Source: Tubulanus polymorphus
Lineage: Eukaryota > Animalia > Nemertea
NCBI RefSeq assembly: GCF_964204645.1
Contig: NC_134026.1
Span: forward strand, 19,502,150-19,566,149
Direction: 5' to 3'
Length of the DNA: 64,000 nucleotides
Shown here: positions 1 through 10,771 of the stretch, piece by piece
Layout: the number at the start of each line of letters is the position of its first letter
Numbering within the stretch: position 1 is the first letter of the stretch
Program-made: the position numbers and the translations under genes
Notes under the pieces: model-generated
The model's input: only the letters and a program-made list of their open reading frames with translations
Told to the model about the DNA's origin: nothing
The model's database searches: none

Positions 1-610
1 TCCTGATTCAGAGTTAATATCGCCACTATAGGAATGAGAGAACTTGATGCTGAAGGTGGCCTTTGAGTACATATGTTGGAGAACTGATAGAAAGTTGCCA
101 CCAATTCAATTTTTTAAAGGCTGGCTTATGTCAACCTTCGACTCATCGCCTACCGACGCAACTGGGTTTATCGGCGACTAGGGGCAACTTTAGGTCTACG
201 GGAGGCTGCCAGTTACCATCATATCGGCTCGGCATAAGCCCACTTACGACAGCAACCTGATACCTAACGACCCGTAAGCTGCATCTGGCTAGTTGCCCAT
301 GTTCTTTCTGGCCTACAGTAGGCAAAAAGTTGCTTTTGAGTGCAACCAGCCTGAGCTCAGCTACGACACAACAGAAATGAGCACAGGAATTCCAGCTACG
401 ATTGCGGTTGCTCTTAGTTGCGTCAGGAGACATCGCATCACAGGTCGACATAAGCCAGCCTTTAGAAGTTTAAGTAGCTTACGTGGAACTGAATCAAAGG
501 CTGCCTCAAAATCTACGAGGCAACACTGAAGATAAGATTTGGAAAGATTACTTCCAATTGCAATGCCCGGATAGTTGCTTTGTCATCCTTTTTACCCATC
601 GGCTGAAAGG
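1..610 (-). mobile_element. Degraded non-LTR (LINE) reverse transcriptase fragment, interrupted by a MITE
   Basis: The minus strand reads KG*QSNYPGIAIGSNLSK (NYRGI motif), LVDFEAAFDS (DFxKAFD motif) and IGGNFLSVLQHMYSKATFSIKFSHSYSGDINSESG (leading towards GVxQG), in the correct order with stops and deletions. Confidence 0.7.
117..462. mobile_element. MITE nested in the LINE fragment
   Basis: TIRs aaggctggcttatgtcaacct / aggtcgacataagccagcctt (1 mismatch), flanked by TA on both sides; non-coding interior with gcaact/agttgc motifs. Confidence 0.8.
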
Positions 611-808
611 CACCAGGGGTATTGTCGTGCGTCTTGATGCCAGTGATCAGACAGAGAACCAGGACTTAAAACAATATGGAGCTGTTTTTGGACTTGATCC
701 CCTGGGGATGCCCTAAGTGTGGGGCTCATATTTTTATGAAATACTAGTCCTACAGTTATCACCAGATCACCGATGATCGGTTGGCCAAGCCGTAATACAA
801 TATAGAGC

Positions 809-1060
809 CAGGGTGGCTAATAACCTTTGAAATTGGAGAGGTCAGGGAATTTTTGTAATTTTCTTCTTAAAAACGTTGGGGTATAGTAAGGGAATTTTGT
901 AAAAATAAAAGCTAAAAATCAGGGAAAAGTCGAGGGAAATTTGTTGAGATTGCTTGATTGCACGTAGATTCAAAGAGTTTCCATTTCTTACCTAATTCGA
1001 CTGATTAAATGATTGAATTCTTAGCAGATCAATTCAGGGAAAACAAAAGTGGCCACCCTG
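809..1060. mobile_element. MITE with CAGGGTGGC termini and 5-bp TSD (hAT5-like)
   Basis: agagc|CAGGGTGGC ... GCCACCCTG|agagc; internal repeated tcagggaa motifs. Confidence 0.8.
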
Positions 1061-1234
1061 AGAGCTGCTTTTTGTATTCAAACCTTCCGTTATTTGTATG
1101 GATGAAATCTCTAATTCATGAAGACTAAGTTGGTATGAATTTTCGATAAAATGCAACACATCCTCAATTCCCCTGTTAAGTAAAACAAGATGTAAAGAAC
1201 TTTTGCCTTATTGGAATGAATTATTTTCTTGTAG

Positions 1235-1411
1235 ATTTTCCGACGCGCACAATTTTATCAAACCAAATGATTCACGGGCATTACATTTGATGAACAAGGC
1301 AGCGGATGTAGTGATGAAAGAGTTTAAGGAGGTTATACTGGCTTACGGACAGAGCGACGAATACAGTTTCGTGTTCCGGAAGGAAACCAATCTGTACGGC
1401 CGACGGAAAAG
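1235..1411 (+). CDS. THG1L: tRNA-His guanylyltransferase (Thg1-like), internal coding exon; the exon(s) with the start codon and first catalytic Asp were not found and presumably lie upstream of the window
   Basis: Bounded by ttttcttgtag| and |gtaggc. Translates (R)[58 protein letters not shown], with the Thg1 signature motifs KPND and YGQSDEYSF. Confidence 0.95.
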
Positions 1412-2517
1412 GTAGGCATAAATGAAATTCATGCATGTTCACGGACACAAAATAGGATGTGTAGTAGCAATAGTAATAAGTAAAACCTCTCAAAAGTGAA
1501 AACTTTTGGTTCTGGGTAGTCTGGGTAGTTCTCACTACAGGAAGGTTTGAACAATTGGCATTAAGCCACCTGGTGGTCATTCGAGGCATTAAATTCCAAG
1601 TATGTGTAAATGTTTCATTGTCGTACTGATCGAAATTGCCGGAAGTTCTACTCAGATCATAATGCACTTACTACAATTAAGATTAAGTGATTAACTAGTT
1701 ATTAACTAGTTATTATGATTTACAGTTAGAACATGTTAATCAACATCTTTTGGCTGTCCAGACATACTGCGCTTTCATTGTAGAGAGGAAAAATGTCTAT
1801 TTGGCACCAAAAGAAGTTTACTCTAAAGAGGGTTCACTCAATTGAAAGTGAACTAGAACTTTTGGTTCAGAGAAAATAGTGTTCATTAAATGAGTGAGGC
1901 GTTCGTGCTAAAGAGAGGTGCCCACTAAGGGTGTTTTCTGTATAGTAAACTCAGCCCTACTCCGTAGCATTGCAACAGTAAAATTTCAATTGAGAATCAG
2001 GGAAATATCTTTTTAGGCCAGAGTAGGGTGAGCCTATAACTGTACAAATGGAATGAATTTAAATGACATGGTTTCCAGATGTAGGCTTTTCACTGTGCGA
2101 CAGAGCATATATTCATACAAAATAATACATCATCAAAACTAAGAAAGTGGTTGTCCGACTGTTGCTTGTTAGCTGAGATTCAGAACAAAATGCATTGCAC
2201 TCGCAAGATACGGCTGCACAATCACCTGTTGTATTGATTGGGAAAAAAGCTTCGAGACGTAAAAATGCACAAGCCCGACTGACAAGTGATAATGATAACC
2301 TGCTTGCACTAATGAAAAGATACTTGTCCCGCTCAATCAGACAAGTGCTTAGATGGCCCCTGCATACCTCTTTGGGATGCAATCCATGAAATGCCCCTTG
2401 TCCCGAGCGCGTTGCGGTATAGATTCCCATGAGATCCAAGGCAAGCGAAGTGTACTGTATATGGGTAAGCTATGAAATGTCGACAATGATTTTGTTATTA
2501 ATTTATCTCAATTTCAG

Positions 2518-2687
2518 TAAACTCATTTCGACGATCGTCAGTCTGTTCGCCTCGTCGTACGTGTATTATTGGGGTGAATTCTTTGGCGAAAAGAAACTTC
2601 AAAATCCGCCAGCGTTCGATGGACGAGCTGTTCTCTATCCAACTATCAAGAATATCCGTGACTATCTATCGTGGCGTCAAGCTGACT
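2518..2687 (+). CDS. THG1L: THG1L coding exon
   Basis: Bounded by atttcag| and |gtaagt, phase-compatible with the previous exon (AG+T=Ser). Translates KLISTIVSLFASSYVYYWGEFFGEKKLQNPPAFDGRAVLYPTIKNIRDYLSWRQAD, with Thg1 motifs PxFDGR and DYLSWRQAD. Confidence 0.95.
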
Positions 2688-3566
2688 GTAAGTATGCCAG
2701 CAGGCGAAGGTCGAGGCTGTTTGTATAAAATTGGATAAGATTTCAGAGTACAGTCATGCGTCGATTAAACGCCACACTTGGGGATTCTTGATTTTGGCGG
2801 TAAATAGAGTGTGGCGGTAAATCGGGATTTATGGCGAGTCAATCAAATCCCTGCTAAATACCTCTTATCTTCTCAGAATGATGTCTATTGATGTGATGAA
2901 TTTTGAAAAATCTTAAAAACATTGTTTCAATATTAAAAACTTTTACATAACAAACATAGGGGCGCATCAGGAGAACATCGTACGTAGGCTAGAATGAGGA
3001 GATGCAACATTTACGGTACATACGATATTAATCGCTGACCGATTCAGAAATAGACATTGCTACTGTTCGCCGCCTTTATATATATATATATATATATATA
3101 TTCTTGGGTGTTCAAATATATACAAATTCTTGGGTGGTTTGAGTGATGGTGGTTTGTCATCTCATGAATTTGAATGAGAAAATAGTAGGTATTGGGCTTA
3201 CGATAATCTGAGGCAATTGGCTCCATGGCAGGCGTTGTATTATGCCTTGCTAGTCTAAAACCGCTCATGGAATGCTGACTACTACCACAACATAATAACA
3301 TTCGGTACAATGCGGTTCAACACTAAGGGTTGAAGAATGGGGTTTTTCATGATAAAGCTGGGTTACTCTTTCTGGTATGCTATTGGACTTGTTGAGTCGT
3401 TCTGAACTTATTATGAAGTCTTAAAATATTTTTTTTATTAAGAATCCTGAACATTTTCATTTAAATCAGTTGAATCTTGTTTCTTAATTCGGTTTGAAAA
3501 GTGTGTGCGTAATTTACGTTGCAAATAATATTATTCTGAAAAAAATTCTGTTTCATTTCTCCTCAG

Positions 3567-3655
3567 GTCATATTAATAATCTCTACAATACGTGTTTCTG
3601 GAAATTAGTTCAGGATGCTGGCATGTCAAAATCGCTTGCTGAAGAAAGATTGCGA
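3567..3655 (+). CDS. THG1L: THG1L coding exon
   Basis: Bounded by tttctcctcag| and |gtatgt. Translates (C)[29 protein letters not shown], continuing the [12 protein letters not shown] motif in phase. Confidence 0.93.
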
Positions 3656-3770
3656 GTATGTTAACCTTTCGAGAATAACCCCTTGTATTTTGGTGAATTG
3701 TTTAACAGAATTTTCATTAGGCCCTATTGACAAATCGGTAGTGATTAATCCTATTTTCGAAAATCTTCAG

Positions 3771-3878
3771 GGCACACTTTCCAGTGATAAGAATGAACTG
3801 CTATTCACGATGTTCACTATAAACTACAACAAGCTGCCGGAGATGTATCGCAAAGGAACTTTATTGTTTCGACAAAAG
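3771..3878 (+). CDS. THG1L: THG1L coding exon
   Basis: Bounded by tcttcag| and |gttcgt. Translates [36 protein letters not shown], matching the Thg1 C-terminal KNEILF..FxINYN..P..YRKGT pattern. Confidence 0.93.
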
Positions 3879-4953
3879 GTTCGTTTTTTAGGATCAACTG
3901 TGTTGATCCTTATAGAATGGTTCTGAGAGTAATTTTCTGTTAACTCTTGGTGGCACAAATTGTAACCAATGGATATACACAACTGATATATTGTCATTAG
4001 GAGTGGAATAGGTATTGGAATTGATATGGCAAGTTTCGTCCATCAGCTCTAAGCCGCTTGGAAGTGCTGGGAGAAAATGTGTAAAACTTCACTGAATTTT
4101 TCCAATTCTACTAATCAATGCTTGACCTTGTTTCCTGACATCATAGGGAAAGCCCTTCAGAAGGACATCACTCTAGAAGGGCTTTCGTTTCCCAGGGACA
4201 TCATTATCAAGAACAGTTCTACCATGTACTTGTGACTCATAGGGAAACCGATTACCATGTATATCATCAAAGTTGAACATGAAAAGCGAATTTACTGATA
4301 AACATTTTTTTTTCATTCTATACAATGTTTTTAACGAGATTGAAGTTAATTCGTCTAGCCAATATTAGAGCCTTTCATAAATTCGCTGCAGCAATCAAAA
4401 TTGCTTCCAATGCACCTGTATGATTGTTTAATGTGATATTCATTCATTTGTTTTATGATATAAGCATTGTCACTATAATCAGTCTTTTACCACACACGAC
4501 TTTTTCGGTGGTTAGGTTTGAACGAGACTTCTGAATAAAAGTGTACCAATTAACTTTTGTACATATGGTAGACACCTCTACTCGGTGCTGGTCATGGGGT
4601 AAATTTCAGATCTTTGAGCTGTTATGGATAGATTTTATTTGAAACTGACAATAAATGCGGGAGAGTCATTGTCTGAATGGACACTAGCGAACTCGACTGT
4701 TACCTCAATTCAAATATTGGAACTAAGTCCTCAATAAACTATAATGGTTCACAAATATTTGTGTTAGATAAAGAGATAATTCAACATAAAGCATATATTA
4801 TGGACACAATAGATACAATTATACTGAAAAGGTACATCCAGATTGAAATGTTGACATTAGCATAAGAAATGCTAAAACTTCAATAATTTTTGGTCTCCTT
4901 AAATCAATAATGTAAAAATCCAAATCTGATACTGATCAGTTTTCTATTTTCAG

Positions 4954-5121
4954 ATGGAAGAAACTATTATTCGTACTAGCGCCGTTCCAATGAGTAATGG
5001 AACCGTCGAGAATAACTCATTTACGAAAGTCGTCTCACGTGTGACCACGTTGCACTGTGATATTATAGGCGATCAGTTTTGGCAAGAACATTCAGACATT
5101 TTTGGAAATTCTTTGTCTTGA
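4954..5121 (+). CDS. THG1L: THG1L terminal coding exon with stop codon
   Basis: Acceptor ttctattttcag|. Translates MEETIIRTSAVPMSNGTVENNSFTKVVSRVTTLHCDIIGDQFWQEHSDIFGNSLS*; LHCDIIGDxFWxEH is the conserved metazoan Thg1 C-terminus. Confidence 0.92.
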   Translation: MEETIIRTSAVPMSNGTVENNSFTKVVSRVTTLHCDIIGDQFWQEHSDIFGNSLS

Positions 5122-6653
5122 TGGCAATTCATTTGTATTTTGCTGATATGGGTGTTGATAGGAATGAAATAATGTTACATGTGTTTTTCTAAAATATGCA
5201 TCAATTTATGGTTTGGATTTTGAATTATAGTATGCATTTAACCATGCGTATGTCAGGTGTTTGGACTGAAAGATTTTCTCTATCTCTGAAAAATGAGGAG
5301 ATTTGAGCTTTTGAATAAAAACTACAACATTAGAAAACAGAGAGAGCTCAATCTTTCCACATATCGACTGCATATAACCGTTGTAGAAGCAAGGCTTACA
5401 CGTATCGCGACCAATAGTCCTACATCTATTTAACATGTTTGTACGTGTACATGACGCAACAACTATAGGATATCCTGTAGCATGTTTTACCTTCCAACTT
5501 AACCGCTAGTGGTTTTGATGCACACTTTGTACATCTTAGATTATCTGGACCATGAAAATACTACAATGGAGGTAAGTATCAGTATAAATCCAACATTAGG
5601 ACTGGGACATCCATTTATTTGAAAATGAGGGAAAAACCCAACATTTTCTTCTGATAGATTGTCTCTGACTTGCTGACTCACTCTGTTATCCAATGTGCTG
5701 TGAAGATTAAACTGTGGAAGGAAGAAAACAGTGGAACAGGAAAATTCATATTTCATAAATCAAGGTTCCCACTTAATTTCACAGGACTGGAATGAGGAAC
5801 CGATAGCACTGATAGACTTGCAAATTGAAGTTGGTCTGCTCGGCATCCCCCAGTTATTAAAAACTGCTTGATCACCTCAAATATTTAAGATGTACCGTGT
5901 ACTTTGATACATAGCATCTTGAAAAATACTGAAGATAAATTCTGATTCTGTTTTGAGATTGGCTAAAAACATCAATGGTAGGGGACAACCGAATGGGTAA
6001 AATGAAATGAAATAAATACGATGAGGAGAGAGGAATGGGCCACGGTTACAGAATGATCTGGTGTTCATCAAGTACAAGATTTTACATATTTTAGCAATAT
6101 AATTCATCCTTCATAGGGACTGGCCCTAGAAATTTTTGTACACCCTTCCTGGTAATGAACTGAAAAAAAACGACTGTATGCCATCTGACACTTTTCGGTT
6201 TTTCTGGGGTCACTAGTCGATTTTCTTCATAGAATAAATTCTATGAAGAAAATCTGTTTCAGGACAATAAAATGATTTTGATACGTAATCTCAGCATTCA
6301 TCAATAAGAAAATATGACTTACATGTATGTAGTTTCTTTGAGATACCTTAGCTGAGAACAAAGTTGATTCAATCTATGACTTCTAGAGCCCCCACGTAGA
6401 TCGAATTTGACCAGCTAGCTTCACAGCTCAGCATTTGAGGAAACACATGTATACAAATATCTTGGCTATGATATCATTAATACTTTATTGAATATGAGAG
6501 AAATTAAACACCCTTCACCAAATTTGTTTTCTAAATAGGCCAGCATTACACAAATTGGTCAGATGGTCAGTTGTCTATCTTTCTGCCTGCCTTCTTTGGA
6601 GTGGTCAGCACCTGTCCTTGGCATCCCGATCATGATTAGCCACGAAGAGCTTG

Positions 6654-9600
6654 TTAATCTTCACTCTCTACTTTTTTTGCAACAGTTGACACATTTGCAT
6701 CTGCCCTTAGTTCATCGCTTCCAGACTTTTCACTTCTTCCCATAGGAATTGCTTCATTGTAGATTTGGGTTGGCTGTGTGTTGCGGTTTGGCGGCGGAAT
6801 AAATGGTGCATTTTGGGTTGAATATCCTATATTGGGTCCGGCTTGATGAGGAATGCTATTATATTGAGCTGAAGCACCAGGACCATAATTTGGTGGGATG
6901 TTGATATTGATAGGTCTGTTCGGTGGGGGGAATTGGTGTTCCATTGAATTATGCTGTCCACTTTGGGGTGGTGGCATTTGGTGCTGCACTGGAATGCCCT
7001 GCCCAGTTTGTTGTGGCAGAATTTGGTGTTGTGGAGGAATGTTCCTTGTCTGATAGCTTTGTGGGATCTGAGGTTGTTGTTGAATGTTTCCAATCTTATG
7101 GTTTTGAGTGAATTGGGGTTGCAATTGAATTCGAGAATGATGGTTTGGTGGCATTTGTTGTTGAAGTGGAATGTTTCCAGTCTGATGGTTTGGTGGCAAT
7201 TGGTGTTGCGATGAAATGTCATGTCCATTTTGTGGTGGTGGGATTTGGTGATGCATTGGAATGCCCTGACCATTTTGAGTTGGTGGCATTTGGTGTTGCA
7301 TTGGAATGCCCTGCCCATTTTGAGTTGGTGGCATTTGATGTTGCATTGGAATGCCCTGACCATTTTGAGGTGGTGGCATTTGGTGTTGCATTGGAATGCC
7401 CTGACCATTTCGAGTTGGTGGCATTTGGTGATGCATTGGAATGCCCTGCCGAGTTTGAGGTGGTGACATTTGGTGTTGCATTGGAATGCCCTGACCATTT
7501 TGAGGTGGTGGCATTTGGTGTTGCATTGGAATGCCCCGTCCATTTTGAGGTGGTTGCATTTGGTGTTGCATTGGAATGCCCTGTCCAGTTTGAGGTGGTG
7601 GCATTTGGTGTTGCATTGGAATGCCCTGACCATTTTGAGGTGGTGGCATTTGGTGTTGCATTGGAATGCCCTGACTATTTTGAGGAGGTTGCATTTGGTG
7701 TTGCATTGGAATGCCCTGACTATTTTGAGGAGGTGGCATTTGGTGTTGCATTGGAATGCCCTGACCATTTTGAGGTGGTGGCATTTGGTTTTGCATTGGA
7801 ATGCCCTGTCCAGTTTGAGGTGGTGGCATTTGGTGTTGCATTGGAATGCCCTGACCATTTTGAGGTGGTGGCATTTGGTGTTGCATTGGAATGCCCTGAC
7901 TATTTTGAGGAGGTTGCATTTGGTGTTGCATTGAAATGCCCTGTCCATTTCGAGGTGGTGGCATTTGGTGTTGCATTGGAATGCCCTGGCCATTTTGAGA
8001 TGGTGGCATTTGGTGTTGCATTGGAATACCCTGACCATTTTGAGGAGGTTGCATTTGGTGTTGCATTGGAATGCCCTGTCCAGTTTGAGGTGGTGGCATT
8101 TGGTGTTGCATTGGAATGCCCTGACCATTTCGAGGTGGTGGCATTTGGTGTTGCATTGGAATGCCCTGATCATTTCGAGGTGGTGGTATTTGGTGTTGCA
8201 TTTGAATGCCCTGCCCAGTTTGAGGTGGTGGCATTTGGTGTTGCATTGGAATGCCCTGTCCAGTTTGAGGTGGTGGCATTTGGTGTTGCATTTGAATGCC
8301 CTGTCCAGTTTGAGGGAGTTGCATTTGGTGTTGCTGTGGAATGCCCTGCCCAGTTTGAGGTGGTGGCATTTGTGGTTGCATTGGAATTTCCTGCCCATTT
8401 TGAGGTGGTGGCATTTGGTGCTGCATTCGAATGCCCTGTCCAGTTTGAGGCGGTGGCATTTGGTGCTGCATTGGAATGCCCTGTCCAGTTTGAGGTGGTT
8501 GCATTTGGTGTTGCATTGAAATTCCCTGCCCATTTTGAGATGGTGACATTTGGTGTTGCATTGGAATTCCCTGCCCATTTTGAGGTGGTGACATTTGGTG
8601 TTGCATTGGAATACCCTGACCATTTTGAGGTGGTGGCATTTGGTGTTGCATTGGAATGCCCTGCCCATTTTGAGGTGGTGGCATTTGATGTTGCGGTGGA
8701 ATGCCCTGGCTATACCCCATATTCTGAGGATAAGGGGTATAGCCATTGACTTCACTATTTGGATAAGGATAATATCCAGGATACGGCATATAGGGACCAT
8801 TTCCATAATTGGGTGGAATGTTTTGGTACTGTGGATCAACTGTACTAGGCGTTTTACCTTGTACTTGTGCCGACAATGGTGTTACTGAATTTCCACTCAC
8901 GATGGGACTTTGTAGAGTCTGTGCCGGGTCTATCATAAGCTGTTTAGGCTTGGGATCTTCTGTTCCAATGGAATGATCTTTCTGTGCAGATGGGTTTGCT
9001 GGTACTGAATTAAGTGTTTGTTGGTTAGTAGATTTCGTTGGTTCTGTGTTAGGATTTGGGTGGGTAGAAGATGTTTTCTTAGCTGCATTGTCTATCAATT
9101 TTGCTTGGGCAGTAGATGGGCTCTTTGGTGTTAGGTTTGGCTTTGGTTGGGCAGAAGATGGTTTTGCTGCTGGGTTTGGCTTTGCTTGAGTAGCTGGATT
9201 TGGCTTTGCCTGGGCAGTAGATGGGTTTGCTGCTGGCGTTAGCTTTGGTTGATGAGTAGATGGGCTATTTGATGCTGGCTTTGGCTTTGGTCGGGTGGTT
9301 GATGGTTCTGCGCCTGGTTTTGCCATTGTTTGAGTAGCTAGGTTTGGCTTTGTTTGGGCCGTAGATGGTTGTGCTGCTGGCTTTGGTTTTGGGCGAAAAG
9401 CAGATGGACTTTTTGTTGCTGGGTTTGGCTTTGGTCGGTCAGTTGATGACTTTTCTTTTGGATTTGGTTTTGCTTGAGTAGTAGATGGGCTTTTTGGTGC
9501 TGGCTTTGGCTTTTCTTGGGCAGTTGATGGTTTTGCTGCTGGGTTTGGCTCTAGTTGAGTAGTAGACTTTGCTGCTTCAGGCTTTGACTTAGTTTGGATA

Positions 9601-10489
9601 GAAGATGGGCTCTCATGTGCAGCATTAGGTTTTTGTTTGGAAGTTGATGACTTTTCTGGTGCTGGGTTAGGCTTTTGTCGGGTAGTGGATGCATTTTCTG
9701 GTGTTGGGTGGTTTGGCTTTGGTTTGGTAGTAAATGGCTTTTCTAATGGTGGGTTTGCCATTGGTTTGGACGTCGATGATTTTATCGGTGTTGGGTTTGG
9801 TTTTGGTTGGGTAGTGGATGCCTTTTCTGGTGTTGGGTGGTTTGGCTTTGGTTTGCTAGTAAATGGCTTTTCTAATGCTGGGTTTGGCATTGGTTTGGAC
9901 GTCGATGATTTTATCGGCGCTGGTTTAGGCTTTTGTTGGGTAGTAGATGACTTTTGTGGTTCTGAATTAGGTTTTGGTTGGATGGATTGCTGTCCGGCTA
10001 TAAGTGGATTGATTGCATCGGGTGAGGTATTGGAATTGACTGGCAGATCCTGGGGCATAACGCTAGGGTTTAGCTGCAGTGGTTTTGACTCTACCATACC
10101 AGCTATCGGATTCGGTTTTTTAGTACGTGAACTTTGATTTTCAGTTGCCAAAGGTCCATTTTCAGCTATCGGAGATTTTGATGGCTTATTGCTTACCACT
10201 GAAGATTCACTTTCTGATTGCACAGGCCGTGGTATGGCTCGGATTGCGTTCTCAGATGAGGGGTTTCCCGTGCGCCTTTTCATTCCATTCCGAATAGCTT
10301 GCATGCGTTTCCTCACTCTTCTTGACATTGGGCGACGGGAACCTCTTACGCCTAACCGAGGAGATGAAGGTCTCATTAAACTGGGTCTTCGCACAGTCAT
10401 TGGTTGTACCGGCCAAAGCGCTTTTCCCGTGACTTCCGAGTGGATATCAGCAGCTTTTCCTATCACTTCAGACAATGTATCGCCTTTCC
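6654..10489 (-). CDS. Secreted low-complexity repeat protein A, large terminal exon (Arg-rich, PKPN/ST-rich, Tyr-rich linker, GQGIPMQHQMPPPQN repeats, short acidic tail)
   Basis: 3.8-kb stop-free frame. Acceptor tatactatag| gives an exon start at 10489 that joins phase 1 to upstream mini-exons; AATAAA on the minus strand at 6484-6489. The ORF-track start at 10562 is intronic in this model. The spliced product is 1331 aa. Confidence 0.88.
7217..8710 (-). repeat. Coding tandem repeat, 45-nt unit, about 33 conserved copies (plus about 5-6 degenerate copies down to ~6950)
   Basis: The unit ttggaatgccctgaccattttgaggtggtggcatttggtgttgca recurs every 45 nt (atgccc at 7261 ... 8701) and encodes GQGIPMQHQMPPPQN/T. 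Confidence 0.97.
9100..9990 (-). repeat. Degenerate coding repeats of about 13-15 aa (KPKPNP.../..PSTTQ), including a 129-nt duplication
   Basis: Recurrent ggtttggcttt / gtagatgg motifs; gacgtcgatgattttatcgg occurs at ~9769 and ~9898, 129 nt apart. Confidence 0.85.
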
Positions 10490-10588
10490 CTATAGTATAA
10501 TTGATTTGGTTAATAGTTACCCACTTCAAGCTTGGGATTTTGGGGGTCAGTATAAAAATCATATATATCCCATTCTAACATATTTTAC

Positions 10589-10636
10589 CTTGTGTAATGG
10601 AAGGTTTTGATGCATCTGCCAGGGCAGCTGTTCCTC
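10589..10636 (-). CDS. Protein A coding exon 3 (48 nt, phase 1-1)
   Basis: acaatttag|GAGGAACAGCT...ACACAAG|gtaaaa; encodes GGTAALADASKPSITQ and preserves the frame. Confidence 0.72.
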
Positions 10637-10711
10637 CTAAATTGTAAATGACATTTTGGAAACAAGTTACTGATGGATCGGGCAAGGTTCATCAAAGATG
10701 AATCAGAATAC

Positions 10712-10771
10712 CTTTAGGGATGACTGATGATTCTGAAGCCGTAGATGCATCCACGGGAGCGGCTCGCCCTC
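10712..10771 (-). CDS. Protein A coding exon 2 (60 nt, phase 1-1)
   Basis: tccttttag|GAGGGCGAGCC...CCTAAAG|gtattc; encodes GGRAAPVDASTASESSVIPK, completes the signal peptide and preserves the frame. Confidence 0.72.

Noticed and set aside
483-716. ORF containing GIVVRLDA, resembling the Thg1 N-terminal catalytic motif WxVVRLDG
   Set aside because: The context lacks SKxEYV and DG..FH, I found no compatible donor site, and the opposite strand shows LINE RT motifs; treated as coincidence.
7217-8710. Regular repeat array resembling CRISPR
   Set aside because: The units are head-to-tail with no unique spacers, lie in frame within a eukaryotic exon, and no cas genes are present.
7145-8749. 534-aa plus-strand ORF (ALECPDHFEVVAFGV repeats) and the WWHLVLHWNAL ORFs
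   Set aside because: Antisense shadows of the same repeat, confined to the array, with no independent gene structure.
6827-8839. 670-aa Cys/His-rich ORF (FQCNTKCHHLKM repeats) in an alternative minus-strand frame, superficially zinc-finger- or heme-motif-like
   Set aside because: It is a frame-shifted shadow of the 45-nt repeat: a stop-free unit stays open in several frames. Only the Gln/Pro frame connects to splice sites, a signal peptide and the non-repetitive flanking coding sequence.
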